Shown here: positions 9,114 through 19,807 of the stretch, piece after piece
Layout of the letters: every line of letters begins with the position of its first letter
How positions within the stretch are numbered: the stretch's first letter is position 1
Assembly: GCA_958296135.2 (NCBI GenBank)
Contig: CATQHZ020000001.1
Span: forward strand, 4,672,001-4,736,000
Length of the DNA stretch: 64,000 bases
Direction: 5' to 3'
Source of the DNA: an uncultured Poribacteria bacterium
GTDB taxonomy: Bacteria; Poribacteria; WGA-4E; WGA-3G
The notes under the pieces: generated by a model
Databases searched by the model: none
Told to the model about the DNA's origin: nothing
Seen by the model: only the letters and a program-made list of their open reading frames with translations
Program-made: the position numbers and the translations under genes

Positions 9114-9335
9114 GTAGCGCGAGGGCCGTCACGGTCACGCCTACAGAAAATGTGCGTGTGTCGCCCCGCGTAAACACGGTCACGCCTACAGAAAATGTGC
9201 GTGTGCCGCCCCGCGTCAGCACGGGCACGCCTACAGAAAATGTGCGTGTGCCGCCCCGCGTAAACACGCTACCTTACTTACTTTAACTTTGTCATCTCTG
9301 CCGCCTCGCTGCAGAGATGTCCACTGTCCCCCGCG
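9114..9335 (+). repeat. REP hairpin with inserted 3x45-bp tandem repeat
   Basis: GTAGCGCGAGGGCC...[CACGGTCACGCCTACAGAAAATGTGCGTGTGYCGCCCCGCGTAAA]x3...TGTCCCCCGCG. Confidence 0.8.
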
Positions 9336-9756
9336 ATTGTAAGGAGAACTCACGCAACCGTTGTCTTGCTAAGACACACTCGGGTTCTGTACGACAAAAA
9401 ATCGGAACCCTAAGCATTGATAACGTGACAAGCCAACGTCACCTTGCCAGTGGCAGCCAAAACACCGCGAGGAAGAACAAAAGATGGCATACAATTTGCT
9501 TATATACTTTTATGAGATGCTCCTATGGCCCGCTCAGGAAAATGCAAAAAAGAAACTTAAGTCTTGACAACAGGCACGTCTATCAAGACGGGCGAACGAA
9601 GGTAGGTTTTCCTGCTGATGCGAGGAAACCTTCTTTGTGGCGGCGTGACCGGTGTCGGATTAACTGACTACTGTGAAGACAGCCTGATAAGGCAACGTCT
9701 TCTGCCAATCGGGAGTTAAACAATGCCTTGCGGACGACAGAAAAAGGAGAACTACC

Positions 9757-12057
9757 ATGAAAAAAAGACACTGCCTATTGCTATTTCTGAGTCTGGTAAC
9801 TGTTTGGGTTCCCCATCTTTGCGCGGAAACAGATACCGTTGTTAAGTTAGAGGAAGTCACCGTGACGGCCCTACGCGCGGAGAAGGACCTTTTTCATACG
9901 CATGCCGCTATCTCGGTTGTGAATTTAAAACAACTGGCGCGCGCCAACGCCGATATTACGCCGAACCTCCTCCGAGATGTCGTCGGTGTTATCGCGCAAC
10001 AGACGACTGTCGGACAAGGTTCGCCCATGCTACGGAGTCTAACCGGGTATCAGACGTTGATGCAGGTAGACTGGGTGCGGCTCAACAATTCGACATTCCG
10101 TTCGGGGCCAAATCAATACCTGTCAACGCTTGCGCCGGAGACGCTTAACCGGGCTGAGGTGCTCCGCGGCTCCAGCTCGGTGTTATACGGGAGCGGCGCG
10201 CTGGGCGGCGTTATCAGCCTCTTTACCAAAAACGTGCCGCTTGATGCCGCACGTCAAAGTTGGGATATTCAGCCGCGCGTGCTCACGCGCTATACCACGG
10301 CAACCCAAGAACGCCTCGGCAGGGCAGAAGTCCTCGGCACGCATGGACGCTTCGGGTTTCTGGTCGGCGGTAGCGCGCGAGTGTATGGCGATTTGAACGC
10401 CGGCAACGGCTATGATCTTCACTATAAAAATCGGAAGTTTGAGGTGGTAAGCGAACGAACGAACGGTGTTAAACTCTTCAAGACGCTTCCCAAGACACCA
10501 CCAGACCGGTGGCTCATTGACACCGAAACGCCGTTGGAATGGCGCGCCTACGATGCTGACGCGAAAATAGCGTACCAACTTACGGACACCAGCACCCTTA
10601 ACGTAGCATACCAAATGTGGCGGCAGCCGCAAACGCCGCGCTACGATAAAATCGCACCGCGTGAATTCGACGAATTTTACTTTGAACCGCAACATCGCGA
10701 CCTGCTCTACACCAATTATGAGGTGGATACCGTAGGAAGAGGTATTGACAAACTGCGGCTCACAGCCTCTTACCACCGGCAAAAAGAGGGGCGCAACGAG
10801 GTGAAACATGGCGCAACAACCCGCCGACAGCGGTTTGATACTGTTAACACGGTGGGATTCAGCACGCAGGCTGTCAGCACTGTTCTCCCTCGGCAACGCC
10901 TCGTCGTCGGCGGCGAATTCTATCTAGATACCGTGCAGAGCCGCACTATTAAGACAGATTTGAAGACGAACGTGGAGCAAATTGACGAAAACCTGGGACG
11001 CTTTATCAACGGTTCTCAGTTCTGGGATGCAAGTGTGTTCCTGCAAGATGAAATTGACATTCACGAACGCGTCGCGCTCATCCTCGGCGGCCGCGCAACG
11101 TTTTACCAGACAAACGCAGAACTCTCTCTCCGCGATGAGAGCTTTGATGAATTTGACGATGCGGACAGCAGCCTGACCGGCAGCGCAGGCATTGTGGTGG
11201 GATTAACAGATGCGCTGAACTTTGTGAGCAGTTTCGCCACAGCGTTTCGCGCGCCTTCGTTGAATGACACGACAGCCGTGGAGGTTACGAACGCGGGAGT
11301 CACCGCACCAAGCCCCGATTTGGAGGCAGAAACCTCATGGACAGTTGAAGGCGGACTCAAGGCGAAGCATGACTATTTCCGTGGCGCACTCACGCTATTT
11401 CACAGTCGTATCACAGGACTCGTCACGCGAGTCCCCGTAGAAGAGGCGTATGCAGGCGAAACCTTGCCGCAACTCTACCGCGACTTACTAACTACCTACG
11501 GCGATGTCGGCGTATTTGTGTTTGATAACGTTGATGCGGCGCAAATCCAAGGTGTTGAACTAGCAGGCGTAGTACCGCTGCCCGCCGCTTTGTCGCTCCA
11601 TGGGAATCTCACGTGGATGCGCGGGAAAGTACTGTTACTCAACGGCGCACCGCCAGACCCGGCGAAGCCCTGGGAGGAACATATCCGTCGAGAACCGCCG
11701 CTGAACGGCGTAATTGGCGTTGAATGGGAACCGTTACATACGCGGTTTTGGGCCGGGGTGTTTGTGCGCGGGGCCGCGGCACAGCGGCGGCTCAATCGGA
11801 GCGACATTCGCGACCCGAGGATTCAGGGAAAAACGCGGGACCCGGCGGAAGTCACCTTTGATGCAGATGGGAACGCGCTAGATGCCGGCACTCCCGGTTG
11901 GTGGACACTCAACCTACGCGGCGGAATCAAGGTGAGCCATTACAATAGCGTGACGATAGTCCTTGAGAATCTGTTGGACCGGCGGTATCGTGAGCACGGT
12001 TCCGGCATTAACGCGCCGGGGTTTAATGTCAGCATCAGTCTGGACAATCAGTTTTAG
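9757..12057 (+). CDS. TonB-dependent receptor
   Basis: Signal peptide, TonB box EEVTVTA, plug motif EVLRGSSSVLYGSGALGGVI, ENLLDRRY, terminal F. Confidence 0.92.
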   Translation: MKKRHCLLLFLSLVTVWVPHLCAETDTVVKLEEVTVTALRAEKDLFHTHAAISVVNLKQLARANADITPNLLRDVVGVIAQQTTVGQGSPMLRSLTGYQTLMQVDWVRLNNSTFRSGPNQYLSTLAPETLNRAEVLRGSSSVLYGSGALGGVISLFTKNVPLDAARQSWDIQPRVLTRYTTATQERLGRAEVLGTHGRFGFLVGGSARVYGDLNAGNGYDLHYKNRKFEVVSERTNGVKLFKTLPKTPPDRWLIDTETPLEWRAYDADAKIAYQLTDTSTLNVAYQMWRQPQTPRYDKIAPREFDEFYFEPQHRDLLYTNYEVDTVGRGIDKLRLTASYHRQKEGRNEVKHGATTRRQRFDTVNTVGFSTQAVSTVLPRQRLVVGGEFYLDTVQSRTIKTDLKTNVEQIDENLGRFINGSQFWDASVFLQDEIDIHERVALILGGRATFYQTNAELSLRDESFDEFDDADSSLTGSAGIVVGLTDALNFVSSFATAFRAPSLNDTTAVEVTNAGVTAPSPDLEAETSWTVEGGLKAKHDYFRGALTLFHSRITGLVTRVPVEEAYAGETLPQLYRDLLTTYGDVGVFVFDNVDAAQIQGVELAGVVPLPAALSLHGNLTWMRGKVLLLNGAPPDPAKPWEEHIRREPPLNGVIGVEWEPLHTRFWAGVFVRGAAAQRRLNRSDIRDPRIQGKTRDPAEVTFDADGNALDAGTPGWWTLNLRGGIKVSHYNSVTIVLENLLDRRYREHGSGINAPGFNVSISLDNQF

Positions 12058-12210
12058 AACAGAATGGACAGGATGTTAAGGATTTATAGGACAACGTATC
12101 ACGTGCAATCAACGTTTCCTTGCAAGAGTGACAGTGTCTTGGACAAGCACTGCTGCGGTTTTATAGGAAGTCTTGACTGCAGAATCCCTCTCATCCTAGC
12201 CATTCTGCTC
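12057..12210. repeat. ATCCTG-rich inverted-end element, copy 1 (copy 2 at 20394-20565)
   Basis: Ends GAACAGAATGGACAGGATG / CATCCTAGCCATTCTGCTC; shared core ACGTATCACGTGYAATCAACGTTTCCT. Confidence 0.6.
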
Positions 12211-12234
12211 GAAAACGTTATCCAGAAAAATCCA

Positions 12235-12750
12235 TCAATCCCGTCCATCTTGCTTCCGTTTGATAAATTCAACGACAATCGGCGGCACCATTTCCAGCAG
12301 CTTTTCCTCGCTGACCTTCCCGTGTCCCATCTGCACAACCTCCATCACGAGAGTGGAACTAATATGCGCATATTGCGTATTCGCCATCATAAAAAGGGTA
12401 TCAATATCCGGCGCGATGTGCTGATTCATCCGCGCCATCTTGAATTCCCACTCAAAATCGGAGACTTCGCGTAAACCGCGGATAATTGCACAGGCACCGC
12501 GCGTCTGTGCATAATGCGCGGTTAGCCCGGTATACTGATCGATTTCGGCGTGCGGGTAGGGCTGAATGACAGCTTCTAGCATCTGAATGCGTTCTGCCAA
12601 TGTGAAGCGGGCCGGCTTCGCCGGGTTGATACCGATAGCAACGATGAGCTGATCGAAGACTGCAAGGCTGCAAATCCGGGCGATGAGGTCTGCGTGCCCG
12701 TTTGTCACCGGATCGAAACTCGCTGGAAAAATGGCGATTTTTTTTGACAT
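12235..12750 (-). CDS. coaD: Phosphopantetheine adenylyltransferase
   Basis: IAIFPASFDPVTNGH, IIRGLR, ISST. Confidence 0.95.
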   Translation of the reverse strand: MSKKIAIFPASFDPVTNGHADLIARICSLAVFDQLIVAIGINPAKPARFTLAERIQMLEAVIQPYPHAEIDQYTGLTAHYAQTRGACAIIRGLREVSDFEWEFKMARMNQHIAPDIDTLFMMANTQYAHISSTLVMEVVQMGHGKVSEEKLLEMVPPIVVEFIKRKQDGRD

Positions 12751-13247
12751 TTTTTGTTATTGCGCAAATCGTTCGTTCGTGGTTTCTGGTGTGAGAACGT
12801 TTCTTCGCGTAAGCCGTCATCGCCGTTAACGATGACAGCATTTTTTTGCAGAGAGAACTCGTAGGCGCGGTTTGACAATATCACGCAGGAAGCGAAAAAT
12901 GTCCAGCAGATGCGTTCATACCGATGTTGAACAGCCGCGCCTGCAATTCAACTGTGAAGACGGCCTGCTAAAGCAACGTCCGCTGCCAAGTGGCAACTAA
13001 ACCACCGCTAGTCACAACAAAAAAGCGATTTTGAAATAGGATACCACAAGATAAAACGTAATGCAAGTTCTTCTTGCTGTTTTACAGAAACGAAAGTCTT
13101 GACAACGGTCGCGTCTGTGAAGACGGCCTGCTAACCCCCCTGCACAGACGCAGCTGAACGACGCATTGCGAAATATAAAAAACTTGTATTTTAAATGCAC
13201 ATTATGCTAGAATGATGCTATCACATATCAGGGAGGAAAACTAGAGA

Positions 13248-13880
13248 ATGGGAAAAATTAATACCCTCGTCTTCGCAGGCGGGGCGATTCACGACTGGAA
13301 AGGGTGCAGTGACGCAATTGTGAACGCGCTCTCACAGCGGGACGAATTTGAGATTACCCGAGTTGAGGAAGACTTGGATGCATTAGTCTCACCGAACTTG
13401 GATGCCTACGAGCTCATCGTGTTTTATTACACCATCGGCGAGATTTCGGATGCACAGAAAAACGGCTTGCTCAACCACATTGCTTCAGGCAAGGGGTACG
13501 TCGGCGTGCATTCGGCGGCGGATTCGTTCCGTGGGTGTCCGGAGTATCGTTCAATGGTAGGCGGCTATTTCGTGACGCATCCGCGCTACCGTGACTACCA
13601 GGTTAGCATCGTGGATAGCGAACATGAAATCACGAAGGGACTGGACGAGTTCGTCGTGACAGATGAGCAGTATATCCTCGATTACGATGCCCGCAACCAT
13701 ATCCTCGCATCGGCCTTGTGGAAAGGCGACGCGGCACCGGTAGCATGGACGAAGAATTGGGGCGAAGGCCGCGTCTTCTATCTGGCACTAGGGCATGATG
13801 CAGCGGCGTGTCAGCACGAGATGTTCGGGACGCTCCTGCAGCGGGGTGCCCTCTGGGCAGGCCGTGGCGACGCAGCATAA
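13248..13880 (+). CDS. ThuA-like domain protein
   Basis: GKGYVGVHSA, DEQY, PVAWTKNWGEGRVFYLALGH. Confidence 0.85.
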   Translation: MGKINTLVFAGGAIHDWKGCSDAIVNALSQRDEFEITRVEEDLDALVSPNLDAYELIVFYYTIGEISDAQKNGLLNHIASGKGYVGVHSAADSFRGCPEYRSMVGGYFVTHPRYRDYQVSIVDSEHEITKGLDEFVVTDEQYILDYDARNHILASALWKGDAAPVAWTKNWGEGRVFYLALGHDAAACQHEMFGTLLQRGALWAGRGDAA

Positions 13881-13968
13881 GCTTTTGACATCGCGCCGAG
13901 TCGGTGTTTACCGCCGCCCGGTAAGCACAAACTTGGCGCACGACGCTCTGATACCTCGGAACGACACC

Positions 13969-14631
13969 ATGAAACCGACAATCACTAATATCCGGGTTCT
14001 GCAAGAACCGCACGCACATTGCGAACTCTTTCTGAACGGTGAACCGTTTGTCGTTATTCATGCCGAACTGATTGTCAAATTTGGGTTGCGCGTCGGCTTA
14101 GCAATCGAAACCCAGGTTATCGAGAAGTTAATCGCCGCTGACGAAGTGATGCGCGCCAAAAACCACGCGATAAATCTGATCCGCGAGGAAGAAGGCACCT
14201 CCCGGGTCAGAAGCAAACGTGACATTGCGCAACTTCTTGAACAAGAAGGGTTTGACACGGAAGCTGTTGAAACCGCCATCGCGGAATTGATACGTTCCCG
14301 GCATATCCGCGACCGGAAATTCGCGGAGAACTGGGTGCGCCGCCGGCAAAAATCAAATCCACGCGGGAAAACCGTGCTGAAGCGCGAACTTGTCGACAAG
14401 GGCGTTGACAAGGAAACCGCTGAAAAGGTTGTGGCAGAGGTAGAAACCGAAGACGAGATGGCACTCGCAGTTCAGTTGGCGCGAAAACGGGCGAAGCACT
14501 ATCAACGCCTACCGCTGCCTACAGCAAAGCGGCGTTTATACGGGTTTTTGGCGCGCCGCGGGTTTAACTCTGAAACCATCCGGCAGGTGCTTGAGCAGGT
14601 TTTTGAAAATGAAAAGGTTAAGACAGACTGA
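13969..14631 (+). CDS. recX: Regulatory protein RecX
   Basis: DRKFAENWV, GKTVLKRELVDKGV, YGFLARRGF; next to alaS. Confidence 0.85.
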   Translation: MKPTITNIRVLQEPHAHCELFLNGEPFVVIHAELIVKFGLRVGLAIETQVIEKLIAADEVMRAKNHAINLIREEEGTSRVRSKRDIAQLLEQEGFDTEAVETAIAELIRSRHIRDRKFAENWVRRRQKSNPRGKTVLKRELVDKGVDKETAEKVVAEVETEDEMALAVQLARKRAKHYQRLPLPTAKRRLYGFLARRGFNSETIRQVLEQVFENEKVKTD

Positions 14632-14709
14632 TAAGTCAACGCCAGATGCGAAGTGGCAGTTGAATAACGCATTAAATTGAACCATCGCCGAAAAAAAGTC
14701 CGTTTTGTC

Positions 14710-14738
14710 TTGACAAGTTTGTAAAAATAAGATATAAT
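14710..14738 (+). promoter_or_regulatory. Sigma70 promoter of alaS
   Basis: TTGACA-17-TATAAT. Confidence 0.8.
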
Positions 14739-14809
14739 GCATTAAACGCCAATCGCGGCACCGAAAATCACCGCCGAGAGCGCAGCATTGAGGGAGGCAC
14801 ACGGAAAAT

Positions 14810-17464
14810 ATGACATCAGATGAAATCAGAGCCAGTTTCTTAGAATACTTCCGCAAGCAGGAGCACACCGTCGTCCCGAGCGCATCGCTAATCCCCGCAG
14901 GCGACGAAACACTGCTGTTCACCAACGCCGGGATGAACCAATTCAAAGATGTTTTCCTCGGAATTGGGCAGCGGGAGTATACGCGCGCCGTCGATACGCA
15001 GAAATGCATGCGCGTCAGCGGAAAACACAATGACCTCGAGGAAGTGGGGCATTCGCCAAGCCACCACACCTTCTTTGAGATGCTCGGAAACTGGTCCTTC
15101 GGTGATTATTACAAGCAGGCGGCAATCGCCTTCGCCTGGGAATTGGTAACCGAACTCTGGCGAATTCCCAAGGAACGCCTCTGGGCAACGGTGTATGTTG
15201 ATGATGACGAAACGGAAAAACTCTGGGTCCAAGAGACAGACTTGCCCCTCGCGCGCATCCGCCGCTGTGATAAGGATAATTTCTGGGAAATGGGCGAGAC
15301 GGGGCCCTGCGGTCCGTGCAGCGAACTTTTTATCGACCTGGGTGTGGACGCATACCCTGAAACGGCGAACGACCCGAGCGCAGGCCCCAACACCAGCGAC
15401 CGGTTTCTCGAATTTTGGAACCTAGTCTTCATCCAATACAATCGGGATGAAAATGGAGTGCTGACACCGCTGCCCGCTACGCATGTCGACACGGGAATGG
15501 GTTTTGAACGGATAACCTCTATTTTGCAAGGAGTGGATTCCAACTACAAAACCGATCTGTTTACGCCGCTCTTAGAAACAATCTCGGATATGACAGAGGC
15601 AGCCTATTTTGACGATGAACGTGGGATACCCCATCGAGTCATCGCGGACCACGTCCGATGCCTAACGTTCGCTATCGGAGATGGCGTGATGCCTTCCAAT
15701 GAGGGCCGCGGCTACGTCATCCGTCGGATTTTGCGGCGCGCGGTGCTTTACGGCAAAAAACTGGCGATGGATGAGGCGTTCATCTATCGGCTTGTCGACA
15801 AAGTGATTGAGCTGCTCGGCAATGTGTTCCCCAATGTCAAGCCGCGGCGCGAGTTTATCATGCGCACGATTCAAGCGGAAGAAAGCCGCTTCCATCAAAC
15901 GCTAGAACGCGGCTTGGCGATGCTAGATAGTTCCTTTGACGTGCTCACTAAACAAGGCGGCACGCAACTTGATGGGAAACGGGCGTTTGAACTCCACGAT
16001 ACGTTTGGCTTCCCTCTGGATTTGACGCAGATGCTCGCACGCGAACGCGGTTTTGTCGTCGATGACACCGGCTTTGCGCGCCGCATGGAAGAGCAGCGGG
16101 AGCGCGGCCGCGCAGCTTGGCACGCGAAGGGCGGCGCGAAAGCCGAAGAGAGCTCCGTTTACGCCGAAGCCCTCCAAGAAAATGGCGAAACCGAGTTTGT
16201 CGGCTACACGCAGGACAACGCCGAAGCGGAAATCGTCGCCTTGATTGTCGGCACCGAATCGGTAGGCGGCGCGCAAGTGGGTGACGAGGTGTCCTTGCTG
16301 CTCAACCGCACGCCTTTCTACGGCGAATCCGGTGGACAAGTAGGGGATGTCGGAACCCTTGAGAGCCGGAACGCGAAGTTAGCCGTGTTGGATACCTTCA
16401 AACCTTCGGCAGAACTGGTTGTGCATAAGTGTCGCGTGCTTGAAGGTGAGATTACGCCGTTCACTGCCGTGCATGCACAGATTGATGTCGCGCGGCGAAA
16501 AGCCGTGGCGGTGAGTCACACTGCGACGCATATCCTGCACAGTGGGTTGCGCAGCGTGCTCGGCACGCACGTCGGGCAAGCCGGTTCACTCGTTGAAGCT
16601 GGCAGATTGCGGTTCGACTTTTCACACTACGAAGCAGTCTCCTCGGAACAACTGCGTGAAATTGAGGGCTTTGTCAACGAAAAAATTCGGGAGAATGACA
16701 CGCTCTCAATTGCAGAGATGCCCTTAGCTGAAGCGAAAGCGCGCGGCGCGCTCGCCTTCTTCGGTGATAAGTATGGCGACATTGTGCGCGTCGTGCAAGC
16801 CGGGGAGTATAGCGTCGAGTTGTGCGGCGGCACGCACGTTGATGCTACCGGGGAACTCGGATTCGTGAAATTGGTGAGCGAGAGCAGCATCGCCGCGGGC
16901 GTTCGGCGCGTTGAAGCATTCACAGGCGGCGCAGCAGCCGCAGCAGTTCAAGATGACGATACGCTGCTTGCAACCATCGCGAAGGTGCTGAAAACTCCCA
17001 AAACCGCCTTACCCGAACGGGTTGAACGGATGCTGCAGGAACAACGCGAGTTGGAACAGCAACTCCAGCAGTTACAAGGGCAGCTTGCGCGCGCTAACAT
17101 CGGGGCCTTAGTTGAAAGTGCTACACGTGTCGACGGGGTGCAGGTTGTCGCCTCGCGGGTGGAAGGCACCCACCGGAACGGCCTGCGTCAACTCGTCGAT
17201 GAACTTAAGACGCAACTTGAATCCGGCGTTGTCGCATTGGCATCAGTAGCAGATGGCGAAGTCGCGTTTGTCGTCGGCGTAACCGCAGATCTGGTGAAGC
17301 AGCGGAGTTTGCACGCGGGGAAAATCATCGGAGAATTAACCCGGCTTGCAGACGGGCGCGGCGGCGGCAGGCCCGAGTTGGCACAAGGGGGCGGAAAAGA
17401 CCCGAGTAAAGTGCAAGCAGCAATTGAAGCCGCTAGACGTATTGTTGCCGAGCAACTCTCGTAA
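14810..17464 (+). CDS. alaS: Alanine--tRNA ligase
   Basis: LLFTNAGMNQFK, HHTFFEMLGNWSFGDY, HTATH, ELCGGTH, GGGRPELAQGGG. Confidence 0.98.
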   Translation: MTSDEIRASFLEYFRKQEHTVVPSASLIPAGDETLLFTNAGMNQFKDVFLGIGQREYTRAVDTQKCMRVSGKHNDLEEVGHSPSHHTFFEMLGNWSFGDYYKQAAIAFAWELVTELWRIPKERLWATVYVDDDETEKLWVQETDLPLARIRRCDKDNFWEMGETGPCGPCSELFIDLGVDAYPETANDPSAGPNTSDRFLEFWNLVFIQYNRDENGVLTPLPATHVDTGMGFERITSILQGVDSNYKTDLFTPLLETISDMTEAAYFDDERGIPHRVIADHVRCLTFAIGDGVMPSNEGRGYVIRRILRRAVLYGKKLAMDEAFIYRLVDKVIELLGNVFPNVKPRREFIMRTIQAEESRFHQTLERGLAMLDSSFDVLTKQGGTQLDGKRAFELHDTFGFPLDLTQMLARERGFVVDDTGFARRMEEQRERGRAAWHAKGGAKAEESSVYAEALQENGETEFVGYTQDNAEAEIVALIVGTESVGGAQVGDEVSLLLNRTPFYGESGGQVGDVGTLESRNAKLAVLDTFKPSAELVVHKCRVLEGEITPFTAVHAQIDVARRKAVAVSHTATHILHSGLRSVLGTHVGQAGSLVEAGRLRFDFSHYEAVSSEQLREIEGFVNEKIRENDTLSIAEMPLAEAKARGALAFFGDKYGDIVRVVQAGEYSVELCGGTHVDATGELGFVKLVSESSIAAGVRRVEAFTGGAAAAAVQDDDTLLATIAKVLKTPKTALPERVERMLQEQRELEQQLQQLQGQLARANIGALVESATRVDGVQVVASRVEGTHRNGLRQLVDELKTQLESGVVALASVADGEVAFVVGVTADLVKQRSLHAGKIIGELTRLADGRGGGRPELAQGGGKDPSKVQAAIEAARRIVAEQLS

Positions 17465-17624
17465 AAATGCGGAAGCGCGATACCGAATACAGTGCCGTGA
17501 GGCACGAATTGTTGATTCGTTACGTAGGGCGAGGGCCATCACACCGAAACGCTGACATCTCTGCAGCCTCGCTGCAGAGATGAACACTGTCCCTCGCCAT
17601 ACCAAACCAATGCTAGGAGAAGTT

Positions 17625-18182
17625 ATGGACTGGGCACTGATTGCCTCACTTTTTTGGAAATTCAGCCTAGGAACCTTGCTACTCGCCTTGACAGCCCTCG
17701 CCGGTTATATGTGCGCGACGCTCGGCAGCCTCCGAAACTCGCTCAACAGCATCCGGAACACGTTGAATTCCGCGGAAAATATTGTCACTCAAGAACTCGG
17801 TGAATTGCTGAGTGACGTGGATAAGACGGTGAAAGAGGTGAACAAGGAACTACCGGAACTGCTACAAAATCTCAACGGGTTGACGGCTTCCTTGCAAGGC
17901 ATTAGCGAAACTGAAATTCAACCCACCGTGCATAATATCCAAGAAATGAGTGCCGTCCTGAATCAAAGTATTCAGGAACTAGATTCGCTCGTGCAAAAAG
18001 CGAGTCAGTTTTCCGGCCAGACGCTCGAACAGGCGGAATTCTTCCGCAACCAACTGGCCATCTCATTAGCGGATATTGTGAGTTTGTGGCAGGGAATCAA
18101 AGCGGGGTGGGACAACTTCCGCACCGCGCAACCACAAGCGTCTGATGAAGACGCGCCGGAATCGGAGGCATCTGATGAATAA
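17625..18182 (+). CDS. DUF948/YoxC-like membrane-anchored coiled-coil protein
   Basis: N-terminal TM helix then heptad helices; precedes YtxH genes. Confidence 0.6.
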   Translation: MDWALIASLFWKFSLGTLLLALTALAGYMCATLGSLRNSLNSIRNTLNSAENIVTQELGELLSDVDKTVKEVNKELPELLQNLNGLTASLQGISETEIQPTVHNIQEMSAVLNQSIQELDSLVQKASQFSGQTLEQAEFFRNQLAISLADIVSLWQGIKAGWDNFRTAQPQASDEDAPESEASDE

Positions 18183-18408
18183 CCGGAAGTCCCCGTATAC
18201 GGGCGTTTTCGCAATTTTTATCGTAGGCGGCCTCATCGGTGCCGCGTTGATGCTGCTCCTTGCACCGCAATCGGGCAAGCGCACCCGGAGAAGCCTCCAC
18301 CGGGCATCAAACCGGCTCCAACGTCAAACCGGCAGAAACGTCTACCGAACCACCAAAAAGGTGAACAAGTTTGTCCACACGTTTTTGGAAAAATTAACGC
18401 TAAGCTAA
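18175..18408 (+). CDS. YtxH domain protein
   Basis: GGLIGAALMLLLAPQSGKRTR. Confidence 0.75.
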   Translation: MNNRKSPYTGVFAIFIVGGLIGAALMLLLAPQSGKRTRRSLHRASNRLQRQTGRNVYRTTKKVNKFVHTFLEKLTLS

Positions 18409-18429
18409 CTTCATAGAAAGGATAAGAAA

Positions 18430-18837
18430 ATGAGCAATAATGGACAGAACAACGGGCTCGCGATGATATTCGCTTTCTTTACCGGCTTCCTCGCCGGCGC
18501 CGTGATCAGCCTGATTTACGCACCAGGCTCCGGCAAGGAGACCCGGAAGAAAATCCGCGATACCTCCGTTGACGCGAAAAACCGAACCGTCGAACTCGCG
18601 CAACAGGCATCTGAAAGCGCGAAGGAAAACGTTCAGAACCTCGTTGAACAAGGCAAGGACAATGTCCAGGACCTTGTCACCCAGGGGAAAGAACGCTTCC
18701 ACGATGCCAGCGATCAGGTAAAAAGCGCGGTGGAAACCGGGCGCAGAGTCTCCTCTGAAGTCCGCACGAAAATCGCAAGTTCCATCCCCGGCATCAGCGA
18801 CACGCAGGAAACCAACGAAGAAGCCGAGGAAGCCTAA
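18430..18837 (+). CDS. YtxH domain protein
   Basis: GFLAGAVISLIYAPGSGKETRKKI. Confidence 0.85.
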   Translation: MSNNGQNNGLAMIFAFFTGFLAGAVISLIYAPGSGKETRKKIRDTSVDAKNRTVELAQQASESAKENVQNLVEQGKDNVQDLVTQGKERFHDASDQVKSAVETGRRVSSEVRTKIASSIPGISDTQETNEEAEEA

Positions 18838-18955
18838 GGGTGCAAACTTCCCAGGAGGCGCGATTGAAAAAATCGCGCCGTCTCAGTCAAGTAAAACCCG
18901 CTTTCAATACGTAGGGCGAGGGAAACCTATCCCTCGCCATGCAAATGGGTACGCG

Positions 18956-19711
18956 ATGGAAGTTGAAAAATTAAAATCCCTACTTGAACGGGTGAAACGC
19001 GGAGAAGTTGCGGTAGATGACGCGCTGCACGCTCTCCGCAAACTCCCGTTTGAAGACCTGGGTTTTTCCAAGATCGACCATCATCGGCAGCTCCGCACAG
19101 GATTTCCTGAAGTCATCTTCTGTCAGGGCAAAACGATTCCGCAGGTGAAGCAGATTAGCGAACGCATTCTCGCCGCCGGCCACCCACTACTTGCCACCCG
19201 TGCTACCTCGGACATGTATGAGGCAGTCAAGGAGGTTCACCCTGAAGCGTGCTATAACGCGCTTGGGCGAACCATCACCGTCTCGCAATCCGATGAGGAA
19301 GGGGCTCCGGGCATCTTGGTGGTTTCTGCCGGCACCTCTGATTTGCCGGTAGCTGAAGAAGCAGCGGAAACGGTGAAGATGATGGGCAATCGTCCGGAAC
19401 AGCTTTACGATGTCGGCGTGGCAGGGCTCCACCGTTTGATGGGCAATCATGAAAAACTGCTCGCCGCCCGCGTTATCATCGTCGTGGCGGGGATGGAAGG
19501 CGCGCTACCGAGTGTCATCGGCGGGTTGGTAGAGTGTCCCGTCATCGCCGTGCCGACGAGCGTTGGTTACGGTGCCAGTTTCGGCGGGCTCGCCGCGCTG
19601 TTAGGAATGCTCAACAGCTGCGCCTCCGGGGTTACTGTCGTTAACATTGACAACGGCTTCGGCGCGGGGTATAGTGCCTCCCTCATCAATCGATTGAGCG
19701 CGCTAGCCTGA
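18956..19711 (+). CDS. larB: Nickel pincer cofactor biosynthesis protein LarB
   Basis: DHHRQLRTGFPEVIF, AGTSDLPVAEEA, DVGVAGLHR, PTSVGYG, VVNIDNGFGA. Confidence 0.92.
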   Translation: MEVEKLKSLLERVKRGEVAVDDALHALRKLPFEDLGFSKIDHHRQLRTGFPEVIFCQGKTIPQVKQISERILAAGHPLLATRATSDMYEAVKEVHPEACYNALGRTITVSQSDEEGAPGILVVSAGTSDLPVAEEAAETVKMMGNRPEQLYDVGVAGLHRLMGNHEKLLAARVIIVVAGMEGALPSVIGGLVECPVIAVPTSVGYGASFGGLAALLGMLNSCASGVTVVNIDNGFGAGYSASLINRLSALA

Positions 19712-19807
19712 ACCGCTTTTCTGTCTAGCGCGAGGCGTAACCAGATGTCGACTTTGGCTGATAAAATCGTTGATACAGGGTTACGCCCCGCAAACGACCA
19801 AAAGCCT

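Noticed and set aside
9130-9266. CRISPR-like 45-bp repeats and ORFs 8714..9286 / 9058..9267
   Set aside because: No unique spacers; the ORFs are by-products of a repeat unit divisible by 3.
9500-9756. Cobalamin or other riboswitch upstream of the TonB receptor
   Set aside because: No recognisable riboswitch consensus; the region is explained by the dispersed element.
18956-19711. Lone larB (and msrP without msrQ) as a novelty
   Set aside because: Partner genes are commonly encoded elsewhere; cannot be judged from this window.
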